Below, one piece after another: positions 19,235 through 29,242 of a stretch of DNA of 64,000 nt. Origin of the DNA: Anaerolineae bacterium. Lineage in GTDB: Bacteria; Chloroflexota; Anaerolineae; Epilineales; Epilineaceae. The stretch covers positions 3,673-67,672 of the forward strand of contig JBCLES010000011.1 of assembly GCA_038913135.1 (NCBI GenBank), in the 5' to 3' direction. How positions within the stretch are numbered: the first letter of the stretch is position 1; the number at the start of each line of letters is the position of its first letter. A program made the position numbers and the translations under genes. The notes under the pieces were generated by a model that saw nothing but the letters and a program-made list of their open reading frames with translations, was not told where the DNA came from and ran no database searches.

Positions 19235-20722
19235 TCACTTGACGTGCGGATCGTACACGCTCAGCTTCTCGCTCGCGACCCTCTCGACCGATCCATCATG
19301 TCGAACGGCGAAGAGAGTGTCGCTGATGAGCACCAGCCGTCGCGCATAACCGTTAGGCAGTCCGGCCGCGGCGGCTACTACCGGCGCCTCAGGCAGGCGC
19401 AAGTCGATCTCCTCGTAGACTGAAGCCCACTCCTCGCCTGTATCCGACGGCATGGTGCGCTCTATGCCCGGATGCCCATCGTGACGTCCGATGAACCGCC
19501 GCACGCCCGCACCGAATGAGATCACTCCGCCGACCTGCCAATCGCCGGTCGCCTCGTCCCGGACCACGCTCCACACCCCATCCGGACCTGATGCCAGTGC
19601 CGATCGGCCTTCGGCGACGACATCCGTAGCGTACGCCAAGGCCTTTTCCGCCAATTCACCCATCGGGTCTCCGGGTGCATCGACGTTGGCGAGAAGCGCC
19701 GGTGCGTCCGGCTCGAAGAGGTCGATGACCAGCACGCCCGTCCCAGTCGTGACGAAGGCGTAGCCGTCGCCGATAGCGAGCATGGGTGACCAGCCGGAAG
19801 CCGCGTAGCTTGCCGGCAGTTCCAGCGATCCGATCTCGCGCGGTGTGTCCGGAGCTTGGAGGTCGAATACTCGAAAGTACCCTGGGTCCGAAGCGGTGAC
19901 CCAGAGACGCCCGCCCGCCGCCTCGATATCTCCAGCGGAGGTGAGCGACGAGGTCTTAGGCAGCCCGGTCAGTTTCCAATTGCCGAAGCCGCCCGAAGTC
20001 TGAAGACGGATCGACGCGATGGCTGGAAGCCAGCCGCTAGGGTCATTCGGATCGCCCACGTTGACGAGGGCGTACAAGTAATCGCCGCCGCAAGCGAAGG
20101 CAGCAATCGATGCAACCGCGATGTCGGCATTGATCCGCAGGTCGACCGCTTGGATGATAAAGGGATTCTCAGGGCGAACTTCGCGTACGGTGTTCTTCAC
20201 GCCGAGGATTATTCGACTGCCGCAAGTCCCGACCGCAGACGTATCGACCTCTAGCTCTACATTGGTCGTCCCGCTATCGCTAGGTCCGGTCGGCACGGCG
20301 GCCGAGGGGGCATTGGACGACTCGGTCGTTGCGGATACGATGGCCGGATCGGTGGTCGGATTGATGTCTAGCCCGGATGTCGGAGCCTCCGCTCCATCCG
20401 GCGAAGCGTTGCAGGCTCCGATCACCTGCGCGCCGAGCAGCATCGCGAGCATCGCCGCGCCAAAACGCTTTGCCGCGCGCGCTTTCGCTTTAGCGGCCTC
20501 GGCCTTGCGATCTTTCGACGGAGCCTGGGTCACCAGCGCGTCGAGCAGCTGGCGCGAACTCGCCGACACCTTCTCGACAGCCTGGTAGAGGGCCGCCTCA
20601 TTGACCTGCGACGGCGAGTTGAAGCCGCTGATCTTTCGAACAAATTGCAGAGCGGCGGCGTGTATCTCATCGTCGGTCGCCGGCGGCTCGAAATTGTACA
20701 GCGTGCGGATATTACGACACAT
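19235..20722 (-). CDS. DUF2277 domain fused to a lipoprotein-like LVIVD/beta-propeller region
   Basis: First ~89 aa MCRNIRTLYNFEPPATDDEIHAAALQFVRKISG...AAKRFG match DUF2277; then hydrophobic stretch + IGAC and VFDLQAPDTPREIGSL / VLVIDLFEPDAP repeats. Confidence 0.65.
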   Translation of the reverse strand: MCRNIRTLYNFEPPATDDEIHAAALQFVRKISGFNSPSQVNEAALYQAVEKVSASSRQLLDALVTQAPSKDRKAEAAKAKARAAKRFGAAMLAMLLGAQVIGACNASPDGAEAPTSGLDINPTTDPAIVSATTESSNAPSAAVPTGPSDSGTTNVELEVDTSAVGTCGSRIILGVKNTVREVRPENPFIIQAVDLRINADIAVASIAAFACGGDYLYALVNVGDPNDPSGWLPAIASIRLQTSGGFGNWKLTGLPKTSSLTSAGDIEAAGGRLWVTASDPGYFRVFDLQAPDTPREIGSLELPASYAASGWSPMLAIGDGYAFVTTGTGVLVIDLFEPDAPALLANVDAPGDPMGELAEKALAYATDVVAEGRSALASGPDGVWSVVRDEATGDWQVGGVISFGAGVRRFIGRHDGHPGIERTMPSDTGEEWASVYEEIDLRLPEAPVVAAAAGLPNGYARRLVLISDTLFAVRHDGSVERVASEKLSVYDPHVK

Positions 20723-20814
20723 CGGTGGCCTCCGACCTTCAATTCGACTCTAAGCGCGACGTCAGCTTCCATTGCTCGGCGGCAAACGATAGCAATCACG
20801 CCTGCCGTCGGCGC

Positions 20815-21190
20815 CTACCACTCTCCAGCGTAAATCGTCAGATACGGTGCCGATCGAGCGACGAGTAGTTCATGGCGCAGATCGGTAAGTTGACGAATGT
20901 GAAGGAGATCGTGGTCCACCCATGCTGCGAGCATGTCGCCAGCTCGGATCTCGAAACCGGCCGGATGGTGGTTCACATTGTCCCATGACGGAGATTCAAG
21001 AGAGCGCAGCCACGCGACGGAGCGCTTGCGTTCGGCCACGAAGTCGTCAAGGAGGGATCCGAGTTCGCGCGAGTTGTAATCGCGGACGGTCACCCACCCT
21101 TGCGGATCGATATGGGGCATGGGATCCGCCGGGGTCGTGCCGAGCAAGTGGGGGAGTCGAGTCGGTAGGCGATTCGGTAGACATGATCAT
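20815..21190 (-). pseudogene. DinB-family protein lacking its N-terminal part
   Basis: IDPQGWVTVRDYN, F..ERKRSVAWL, WVDHDLLHIRQL, YAGEW; upstream ATGs are out of frame. Confidence 0.6.
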
Positions 21191-21469
21191 CCTCGGGCCT
21201 GAATCGGCCATTTTTGGAAACGTCATTCGGTGCGATCGCCGTTCTGCCGGCGGATCAATTCGCCCAATGATATCCGCATTCGAGCGAAGGACCGATCAGT
21301 CCGAGGGTGAGCGCACGATATGGTCGCGAGCCGCGATTCGCGGCCACGAGTACTTCGGATGCAGGGGGCATCGGGCGGGAGCATGCCACGCGGAGCTATG
21401 ATTAGCGAACAGGCGGCCAACCTATCCCGTGCGATTCGACCGCGGACCCGAAATCAACTTGAGGGCTTC

Positions 21470-22042
21470 ATGATCTCCCCAGACTTCGAATGGTTCCCGC
21501 TCGTCATCCTCCCGATCCTAATCTTCATGGCCCGCATCTTCGACGTTTCATGCGGCACGCTCAGGATCGTGTTCATCTCCCGCGACATGGCCATTCCGGC
21601 CTCTCTTATCGGCTTCTTCGAGTCTATGTTCTGGCTGCTGGCCGTCACGCAGATCATGCAGAGGCTTTCCAGCCCGATCTACTATGTCGCATACGCGGGC
21701 GGCTTTGCCGCGGGCAATTTCGTCGGCCTTCAGATCGAGCGTAGGATCGCGCTTGGCATGGTTGTGGTGCGAGTTTTCACCCGGCGTGAGGTCGAGGCGC
21801 TGATCGGAGCGCTTGGGGCCGAGGGCTACGGAGTCACTCTGCTGCGTGGGGAAGGTCTGACCGGGCCGGTGAATGTCGTGAACGTGGTGGTCGCACGCAA
21901 GAAGACCGGGACCGTGCTTGAAGTGCTGCGCACCCACAACCCGGACGCCTTCTACACAATCGAGCCTATCGCGAGCGCACGCGCTTCGGAACATCCGCAA
22001 CACCGAACGTTGTTCGCGCGTTTCGCGCGTCAACGGAAGTAG
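21470..22042 (+). CDS. UPF0316/DUF2179 family membrane protein
   Basis: IFMARIFDVSCGTLR, IGFFE, AYAGGFAAGN, GYGVT...GEG, PDAFYTI. Confidence 0.88.
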   Translation: MISPDFEWFPLVILPILIFMARIFDVSCGTLRIVFISRDMAIPASLIGFFESMFWLLAVTQIMQRLSSPIYYVAYAGGFAAGNFVGLQIERRIALGMVVVRVFTRREVEALIGALGAEGYGVTLLRGEGLTGPVNVVNVVVARKKTGTVLEVLRTHNPDAFYTIEPIASARASEHPQHRTLFARFARQRK

Positions 22043-22061
22043 GGCTGTTCGCCGCCAGTGT

Positions 22062-23255
22062 TCATGATCGATTCGACAATTCGACGCCGAGAATCTCGCC
22101 CTCGACGAAATCTACAATCCCGGCCGTCACCGTTTTCCAGGAGAAGCGCCCCTCGGCCGCCGCGCGCGCCCGGCCGCCCATGCCTTGGCGATCCGCACTC
22201 TCCAACGCGAAAAGCGTCCCAAGTACGTCGGCCAAGTTGTCCGCATCGCCGGACGTGAAAGTGGCGCCAAGCCTTTCTTCAGCGACGAAGCGCAGGCTGG
22301 GCAGGTCGGAAACCAGTACTGGGCGTCCCATCGCGAGGTACTCGAAGAGCTTTATCGGCGAAAGGCCGGTTAGCCGGTTACGTTCGATGGGCGCGGATGG
22401 CAGCGCTAGAACGTCGCAGGCGGCGAGTGCTTCGGGAACTTCGTCCCGTGCCAACGGTCCTGTGAATCGAACCGCGTCGCCAAGTGCACCGGCGCGGCGA
22501 GCGAGTGCATCACGTTCGCTGCCGTCGCCGATGAGCAGAAGGCGAGCGTCGGTATCGGGTTGCAGAGCACGCAGCCGGATCACGCCATCGATAAGCGTCT
22601 CAAGCCCCTGCCACGGCGCGAAGTGGCCTACGAAGCCGACGACCCGCGCATCGGCAGGCCAGCCCAGCCGTTCCCGCGCCGGACCGATTGGCAGAGGACG
22701 CACTCGATCGGGGTCCACCCCGTTCGAGGCGACGTAAACGTGCCCGGCATCCCAGCGGCGCGCGGCGGCGGCAAGCTCAGGCGTCACGCTAACGATCCCC
22801 GATGCGGCACGGGTGTCCAGGTGGGCGAAGACATCGTAGGCCAGTCCACGGAGTCCGGCGCGCGAGCCCGCATTGAGCAGCCGATACTCAAGCCCGGGCA
22901 GGCCGTTCAGCTCCATGACCGCCGGCACACCGAGCCGCCTGGCCGTCAACAACACGCCGAGGTTGAAAGCTGCGCCTCGCAAATAGATGACGTCGGCATG
23001 CTCCGCGAGCGCAGGCAGGACGCGGGCAAGCCGCGCCTGATAGCGCATCTCGACCGGCGCTTTGGTCGGCAGCGGCACGATGTGGACACTGAGTCCTTCG
23101 ATCCGCTCAGGGGGAGAAGTTGGTGCGATCAGGGTCGTTGGACGAATGGCGGCTAGGGCGCGGCAGGTCTCGACCACGTGAGTCGTCGGGCCGAAACCGT
23201 CGAGCGGTGTGGATGTAACGTAGATCCAACGCGGATCGGAGGGCGGCTCGATCAA
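22062..23255 (-). CDS. GT4 glycosyltransferase
   Basis: NGVD, VGFVGHFAPWQG, SPIKLFEYLAMGRPV, FSW; start TTG overlapping upstream stop. Confidence 0.88.
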   Translation of the reverse strand: MIEPPSDPRWIYVTSTPLDGFGPTTHVVETCRALAAIRPTTLIAPTSPPERIEGLSVHIVPLPTKAPVEMRYQARLARVLPALAEHADVIYLRGAAFNLGVLLTARRLGVPAVMELNGLPGLEYRLLNAGSRAGLRGLAYDVFAHLDTRAASGIVSVTPELAAAARRWDAGHVYVASNGVDPDRVRPLPIGPARERLGWPADARVVGFVGHFAPWQGLETLIDGVIRLRALQPDTDARLLLIGDGSERDALARRAGALGDAVRFTGPLARDEVPEALAACDVLALPSAPIERNRLTGLSPIKLFEYLAMGRPVLVSDLPSLRFVAEERLGATFTSGDADNLADVLGTLFALESADRQGMGGRARAAAEGRFSWKTVTAGIVDFVEGEILGVELSNRS

Positions 23256-24919
23256 TCGCGTTCCGAGCGCATTGCGGCCAGCACCGGCACGATCCCGCGA
23301 TAGCATTCGCCCCAAGCCTCCCACCCACCGTGTAGCTTGGAATTGTGCCACAGGAGCGTCATCCGACCACCGACCCGGCGACAGCTTTGGGCAAGGTGGA
23401 AGACTCGTTCCGCGGCCTCGTCCGTACTGAGCTCGCGATAGCTGAGCAGCGTGGACTCCATGGCGATGAGCGGCTCTTCGACAAGGCCGAAGATCACGTC
23501 GCGTTCGAGGTCGAACGGCTGATAGGGATGGCATGTCCCCGCCCGGAAGCCTTCGTGGTCGGCATACCCGAGGCTCATGTCGCACTCAAGGCCGGCCGAT
23601 TCAAGCGCGCGCCAAGTCTCCGGTGCCGTGAAGCGAAGGTAGTGCTGCCGACTGAGGCGGACGGGTTCGGGCGAAACGGCCGCAAGGCGCTCTCGCTCGC
23701 GCGACAGGCGTGCGGGATCATCGGCCGCCGCATAACTCGGATGCAGGCCGACGCTATGTCCGGCGTCGCGTAGCCGCCGGATCACGCCCGCCACCGGCTC
23801 ACGGCGCACGTCATAATCGCTGTCAAACGGGCCGGGATCGCCGGCCTGGAACAGGAAGGCGGCCGGTATGTCGGCGGCCGCCGCGATGGCGCCGAGCTCC
23901 TCGATGCCCATGAAGCTCGAAGTCCTTTCGAGTGCGATGGCCTGCGTGACGGCGTCGCGGAGGGACCGCATCGCAGTTGCGGGATTACGCCGGCGCAGCA
24001 AATCCCCGAAAAGCCGGCGCAACGCGGCTTCCGGTCCCCGAAACGGCCGGATGCGATCGATGTCGTGCGAAAGGCGAATATCGAAGACGCGCGCCGCTGG
24101 TGTCCAACCAGGCAGAACAGCGCGCATCCAGGCCCGGAGGACTAGCGCATGTTCGTCGACCAATGGCCGGTCCAGGATGCGATGCCGGAGCGCGAAAGAT
24201 GCGCTAGCGGGAAAGCGACCGTGTTCGTCGCGCACGGACGAGACCGTCTCCTCCCAACGCGAAAGAAACATCAGAGCGGTCGCAACGATGTCCGCGCGCA
24301 GGACCGCGCCGCCCGGCACGCTGAAGGCGATGCGCGCAGCCATCCGCGGTGAGGATCCGTTCCAAGGAATCGGATGCGAAAGCAGTTCGCCGGCCGCGAG
24401 CAGCGGCACCGGGATGCGTTCGTCGACATCGAAGAGCGAGGCTGACGCCGAGTCCGTCGCCGAAGCCGTTCCACCGATCATGGGCGGCAGGAGGTCGGCC
24501 GACGCGCAGGAAGGCAGGTCGCCGGGCTGTAGGGTGAGCAGAGCGGTGGGCGCATCGATCGCGCATGGAACGATCCAGATGGTGGGATGTCCGATGGGGG
24601 GAGGGTCGATGTTCAGCGGTCCGATGGCGGGGGCGGCGAGGTCGCCCGACCGGCCCGGCGCCGCCGACCTGCCCACCCGATTCGCGGCGCCCGACGAGAC
24701 CGCGGAGATCGTCGAGCTGCTCGATTCCGCCTCGCCCCGCGGCGCGCCGTAGCGCAGCGCAATACCGTCCGCGAGAATCGACGGCACAACGTCGCCTTCT
24801 AACGGCTCGATCACGCGAGCGCCTGCGCGCAGAGCGAGCTGATGAAGTGCCCAGCGGATACCGTTCGGGGTACGGGGCATAATCGGCGATCCGACGGTTT
24901 CACCACTCATGCCGGCCAT
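23252..24919 (-). CDS. Polysaccharide deacetylase-like protein
   Basis: FLSRWEE..DEHGRF, LSHDID, VGLHPSY, RQHYLRF, GFRAGTC, LLWHN. Confidence 0.8.
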   Translation of the reverse strand: MAGMSGETVGSPIMPRTPNGIRWALHQLALRAGARVIEPLEGDVVPSILADGIALRYGAPRGEAESSSSTISAVSSGAANRVGRSAAPGRSGDLAAPAIGPLNIDPPPIGHPTIWIVPCAIDAPTALLTLQPGDLPSCASADLLPPMIGGTASATDSASASLFDVDERIPVPLLAAGELLSHPIPWNGSSPRMAARIAFSVPGGAVLRADIVATALMFLSRWEETVSSVRDEHGRFPASASFALRHRILDRPLVDEHALVLRAWMRAVLPGWTPAARVFDIRLSHDIDRIRPFRGPEAALRRLFGDLLRRRNPATAMRSLRDAVTQAIALERTSSFMGIEELGAIAAAADIPAAFLFQAGDPGPFDSDYDVRREPVAGVIRRLRDAGHSVGLHPSYAAADDPARLSRERERLAAVSPEPVRLSRQHYLRFTAPETWRALESAGLECDMSLGYADHEGFRAGTCHPYQPFDLERDVIFGLVEEPLIAMESTLLSYRELSTDEAAERVFHLAQSCRRVGGRMTLLWHNSKLHGGWEAWGECYRGIVPVLAAMRSERD

Positions 24920-24923
24920 CGTA

Positions 24924-26345
24924 TCAGCCCTGATCGTCGCGCTGGTCCCGACTGTCGCGCCCGTCCCGATGCTCGCCCCCGCCTACCCCCACCACCCTCA
25001 GCAGCCAACCAGCACTTATCGCCGCCGCCGAATCTATCGCACTTCGGCCGTCGATCAACACGGGGGTGCGGACGGCCTCTCGCAGAGCGCCCCAATCCAG
25101 ATCCTCGTAGGCCGAGTGCGCGACCATCAATACGAGGGCGTCGGCGTCCGCGGCCAGCGCCTCGACGTCGGACGTGCGATAGGCAGCCACCCACGGGTCG
25201 TGGATCCGGAGGTCGGCCACTTGAGGCCGGAGGATGTCGGCGAGCGCGGCGCTGGGCGCGTTGCGGGCGTCGTCCGTGTTGGCCAGATAACTCCAGCCCA
25301 GGATCAGGACGCGTGCTTGGTCCATAGGCCGGCCGGCGGAATTCAGGCCGCGCGCGACGAGGTCAGCTATGTGCGCCGGCATAGCTTCGTTGACGGCGCG
25401 CGCCGCCGGGATGAGGCGCGGCGTGAAGATAGGGCGTTCGGCCGCGTTTGCGATCAAGAGCCACGGATCCTTCGGAATGCAATGGCCACCGACACCTGCG
25501 CCTGGAAGCAGCATGTTTCGGCCCGGACTCTTATTCAGGAGCTCGCGCACGCGCCAGACGTCCGCGCCGAGCGCGTCGCATATCAGCGCCATCTCGTTCG
25601 CGAAGCCAATCTGAACGTCGCGATATGCGTTTTCGCCCGTCTTGACGATCTCCGCGGTCAAGGCGTCCGCTAGATCGAGGTCGGACTCGACGATGCGTCG
25701 ATAGAGGGCAAGTGCGACCTCCGCCGACTCAGGTGTCGCCCCGCCGATAACTCGGCTCATCCCGCGCAGGTTGGAGAGTAGCCGTCCCGGCATTACCCGT
25801 TCTGGGCAGTGGGCCAGGAGCAGATCGTCGCCCACTCGGAGACCCGATGAAGCCTGGAGCGCCGGGGTCACGACGTCGCGCATGGTGCCGGGCGCGAGCG
25901 TGGATTCCACGACTACGAGCGCGCCGCGGTGGAGCTGAGGACCGAGATCGTCAATGGCCCTTAGAAGCGCGGTGTAGCGCGGACGGTGATCGACGTCGTC
26001 GACCGGCGTTTCGACCGCGATGATGATCACGTCGGCGCCGGCGAGGGCGTCGTAGTCGGCAGAAGCAAGGAGCCTAGCAGATCCAACCTGTTCGGCGACA
26101 AGCTCCTTCAGGCCGGGCTCTTCGCCTTCGAAGGGCAAGCGGCCCGCGTTCACAGCATCGACCTTGGTCCGATCGATGTCTATGCCGATCACATGCAGTC
26201 CCGATGCTGCGAAAAGCGCGGCGACGGGCGTCCCGACCACGCCAAGTCCGATCACCCCGAGCCTGGCTTCGCCGGTTTCGAGCCGTAGGCGGAGCGATTC
26301 GGCTGCGGGGCAAAGTTTGGGGCTCATGGCGTCGATCTCCACCAC
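24924..26345 (-). CDS. Nucleotide-sugar dehydrogenase (WbpA/WecC-like)
   Basis: GVIGLGVVG, ESTLAPG, HCPER, EIVKTGENAYRD, GVGGHCIPKDP. Confidence 0.92.
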   Translation of the reverse strand: MVEIDAMSPKLCPAAESLRLRLETGEARLGVIGLGVVGTPVAALFAASGLHVIGIDIDRTKVDAVNAGRLPFEGEEPGLKELVAEQVGSARLLASADYDALAGADVIIIAVETPVDDVDHRPRYTALLRAIDDLGPQLHRGALVVVESTLAPGTMRDVVTPALQASSGLRVGDDLLLAHCPERVMPGRLLSNLRGMSRVIGGATPESAEVALALYRRIVESDLDLADALTAEIVKTGENAYRDVQIGFANEMALICDALGADVWRVRELLNKSPGRNMLLPGAGVGGHCIPKDPWLLIANAAERPIFTPRLIPAARAVNEAMPAHIADLVARGLNSAGRPMDQARVLILGWSYLANTDDARNAPSAALADILRPQVADLRIHDPWVAAYRTSDVEALAADADALVLMVAHSAYEDLDWGALREAVRTPVLIDGRSAIDSAAAISAGWLLRVVGVGGGEHRDGRDSRDQRDDQG

Positions 26346-26364
26346 GAGCCGTTGATATTGCCCT

Positions 26365-27360
26365 TCATGGCGTCCCGTTCCCGCCGTCCAGCCCGGCCCG
26401 AACCACGTCGAGCGCCAGCCCTAGCGCCGCTAATCCGTCCTCGCCGCTGACCGGCGAAGACGTCCCATCGCGCACCGCCGCGGCAAAAGCATCGAGCTCG
26501 GCCGCGAGCGGTTCTCGCCGCTGGATCGCCAGCTTGGTCATGTTGCCCTCGCCGACGCCATGGAGATCGCCGTATTGCTCCCAGTGGCTATCTGCTTCAG
26601 TGTTTTCGTAGAAGGTCAGCTCTTGGCGCAGATAGTCGGCGACGAACATGCCGCCCTCACCGGTTACGGACAATTCCCGCACTTTCGCCGGGGTGAGCCA
26701 GTTGATGTCCAGGATCCCGACCTCGCCTGTCTCGAAGCGCAATGTGGCAGCGACCAAGTCCTCATGATCGGTATGGATTCGCCTGGCCGTCTCAGCTTGA
26801 ATTCGCGTCACTTCCGATCCGACCAACCAGCGCATGATGTCCAGGTCATGGGTCGCCAAGTCGATGATCACGCCTACGTCGCGGACACGAGCCGGGAACG
26901 GACCCGTCCGGCGAGCGCGAATGCAGAAGATCCGGCCCAGCGCACCTTCATCAAGTCGCGTCTTGAGCGCGAGGATGGCCGGATTGAAGCGCTCGATATG
27001 CCCGACCATAAGGGCCGTCCCCGCAGCGTTCGCCCGCGCGATCAGCTCCCTGGCCTCATCGAGGGTCGCCGCGATGGGCTTTTCGACAAGCACCGCGGCG
27101 CCGGCGTCGATCGCGTCCAAGGCAACCCGAAGATGCATGCGGGTCGGCACGACGATTGAGACCAGGTCGGGACTGGTCGCTTCGAGAAGCTCTCGATGGT
27201 CCGCGAAGGTCGGCACTCCATAGCGCCGTGCGACAAATTGAGCCTTCTCCGCTTCGGGATCGGCGACTCCGGCGAGTGTTACGCCGTCGAGCTCGTGGTA
27301 GACCCGAGCGTGATGCCGCCCCATCGCGCCGACACCGATAACGGCTGCCTTGAGGGTCAT
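26365..27360 (-). CDS. Gfo/Idh/MocA oxidoreductase (WbpB-like)
   Basis: AVIGVGAMGRHH, VLVEKP, GHIERFNPA, DLATHDLD. Confidence 0.9.
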   Translation of the reverse strand: MTLKAAVIGVGAMGRHHARVYHELDGVTLAGVADPEAEKAQFVARRYGVPTFADHRELLEATSPDLVSIVVPTRMHLRVALDAIDAGAAVLVEKPIAATLDEARELIARANAAGTALMVGHIERFNPAILALKTRLDEGALGRIFCIRARRTGPFPARVRDVGVIIDLATHDLDIMRWLVGSEVTRIQAETARRIHTDHEDLVAATLRFETGEVGILDINWLTPAKVRELSVTGEGGMFVADYLRQELTFYENTEADSHWEQYGDLHGVGEGNMTKLAIQRREPLAAELDAFAAAVRDGTSSPVSGEDGLAALGLALDVVRAGLDGGNGTP

Positions 27361-28028
27361 CGGTGCGCGACCGGCGCTTCGACAAGACCGGAGCTGACCT
27401 GCCCAGGCGACCGGTAACGGCGCCCGCAAGCTTCACAGCGCCACAGTACGACGGTCGACGGCTTCGCGATGCTGTCATCGAGCCTGCTTTCGGTATCCAC
27501 TTCCTGATGTAGCCGCTCCCCGCACGCACACACCCAGCCGATCTGCCGCGCCGGCACGCCGACCACAAGCGCATGATCCGGCACGTCTATCGTGACCACG
27601 GCGCCCGCTCCGATCATCGCGAAGCGGCCGATGGTCACGCTCGTGACGATAGTCGAGCCGGCTCCGAGCGACGCTCCAAGGCGGATGAGCGTGCGGCCTA
27701 CCGTCCAATCGTCCGCCGATTTCAGCCCGCCTTCTGGCGTGATGGCGCGCGGAACGCGATCGTTGGTCAGGATTACGCCCGGCCCGACGAACACCCCGTC
27801 CTCCAGTTCGGCGCCGTGGAAGATCTGGGCGCCGTTTTGAACTTTGCAGCGGTCGCCGATCGAGACGTCGAAGTCCACGTAGACGTCCTTGCCAAGAATG
27901 CAGTCGCGCCCCAAGCGGGCGCCTTCCCGAATCTGGGTGTGGTTCCACACCTGGCTGCCGGGTCCGATCACGGCATCCGGGTGCACAACGGCCGTATCGG
28001 CGATGCGTACGCCGGGCCGATCGCTCAT
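27357..28028 (-). CDS. Hexapeptide-repeat N-acetyltransferase (WbpD-like)
   Basis: IGDRCKVQN, LEDGVFVGP..LTND..PR, GVPARQIGWVCACG. Confidence 0.9.
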   Translation of the reverse strand: MSDRPGVRIADTAVVHPDAVIGPGSQVWNHTQIREGARLGRDCILGKDVYVDFDVSIGDRCKVQNGAQIFHGAELEDGVFVGPGVILTNDRVPRAITPEGGLKSADDWTVGRTLIRLGASLGAGSTIVTSVTIGRFAMIGAGAVVTIDVPDHALVVGVPARQIGWVCACGERLHQEVDTESRLDDSIAKPSTVVLWRCEACGRRYRSPGQVSSGLVEAPVAHR

Positions 28029-28059
28029 GCTCCGCACCCACGTCGAGTTGTGACTTGGT

Positions 28060-29175
28060 TCACGCGCCGACGACTTTCGCAAAAGCGTCAACGACCTCGT
28101 CGATCTCCTCGTCCGTGATCCCGGCAAAGACGGGTGGGTTCAGGACGCTTTTCGCCAGTCGATCCGCTTCGTCGCCGCCGACCCGGCCGGCGACGAAGCC
28201 CGTCGCGCCGCTTTGGCGGCTCATCGCGCCGGGGTAGACAGTGCCGGTGCCGATACCGAGATCAGAAAGTGCATCGGCTATGGCGTCGCGGCGCTCGGGT
28301 GAGTGCAGCGTCACGGCCAGGTAGCCGTTCTCCACGTATCCGCCCGGCGGGCCGATGGTCCGAATGCCTAGCGGCGTGAGTCGCTCGCGATAGGCGGCCG
28401 TAGCCCGGCGACGGGATTCGAGCCGCGCGTCCAAGTAGTCGAGGCTAAGGTCGAGCCAGCTCGCTTCAAAGCCTCCAAGGCGGCTGTTCCATCCGACAAG
28501 TCCGTGCTCGTAGTGGTTGGCTCGCCCGTGGTTGCCTAACATCCGGATCTTCCCGGCGAGCGCTTCGTCGGAGCAAAGCACGGCGCCCGCATCGCCGCAT
28601 GCGCCGAGCACCTTGGCGGGATAGAACGATATGGTCGAAACGAGCGCCCCGGCATGGATCGATTCGCCGCGCCAAGTGGTGCCCCAACTCTGAGCCCCAT
28701 CTTCGACAAGCGGCAATCCGCGATCTCGTGAGAAGGCGCGGAATTCGTCGACCCTAGCTGAACTCCAGCCGTACAGGTGGACGAGGATCGCCGCCTTGGG
28801 CCGGTAGACTTCGACGGCTTCCACGAAGCACTCGAAGTCCATCTGGAGATCGACCGGATCGATGTCGACGGTGACGACCCGCGCCCCAACGTTGACCACC
28901 GCCTCGAACGTGGCCCAAAAGGTTGCATCAGGAATGACGACGACGTCGCCTTCGCCGACACCGAGCGCCCGCAGAGCGAGTTGGAGCGCGTCGGTCCCGT
29001 TCGCGCAGCCGACGGCCTTGGGCACGCCGGCCGCGGCGGCAAGCCGCTCCTCAAGGCGCGCGACATCCGGCCCTCCGACAAAGCGCGTGTTGGCCGCGAT
29101 ATCGGCGCTGAGCGCTGTCCAGCGCTCCAGGAAGTCGCGTTCGAAGCGCTTGAGGTCGATAAAGGGGACGGCCAA
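28060..29175 (-). CDS. DegT/DnrJ/EryC1/StrS aminotransferase (WbpE-like)
   Basis: CANGTDAL, VEDGAQS, SFYPAKVLGACGDAG, GWNSRL. Confidence 0.92.
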   Translation of the reverse strand: MAVPFIDLKRFERDFLERWTALSADIAANTRFVGGPDVARLEERLAAAAGVPKAVGCANGTDALQLALRALGVGEGDVVVIPDATFWATFEAVVNVGARVVTVDIDPVDLQMDFECFVEAVEVYRPKAAILVHLYGWSSARVDEFRAFSRDRGLPLVEDGAQSWGTTWRGESIHAGALVSTISFYPAKVLGACGDAGAVLCSDEALAGKIRMLGNHGRANHYEHGLVGWNSRLGGFEASWLDLSLDYLDARLESRRRATAAYRERLTPLGIRTIGPPGGYVENGYLAVTLHSPERRDAIADALSDLGIGTGTVYPGAMSRQSGATGFVAGRVGGDEADRLAKSVLNPPVFAGITDEEIDEVVDAFAKVVGA

Positions 29176-29242
29176 GGGCGGAACTCCGCAGAGGTTTGGG
29201 TTGGGGTGCCGGAAGTATAGACCAGCGCCGGGGGTCCTCGGA

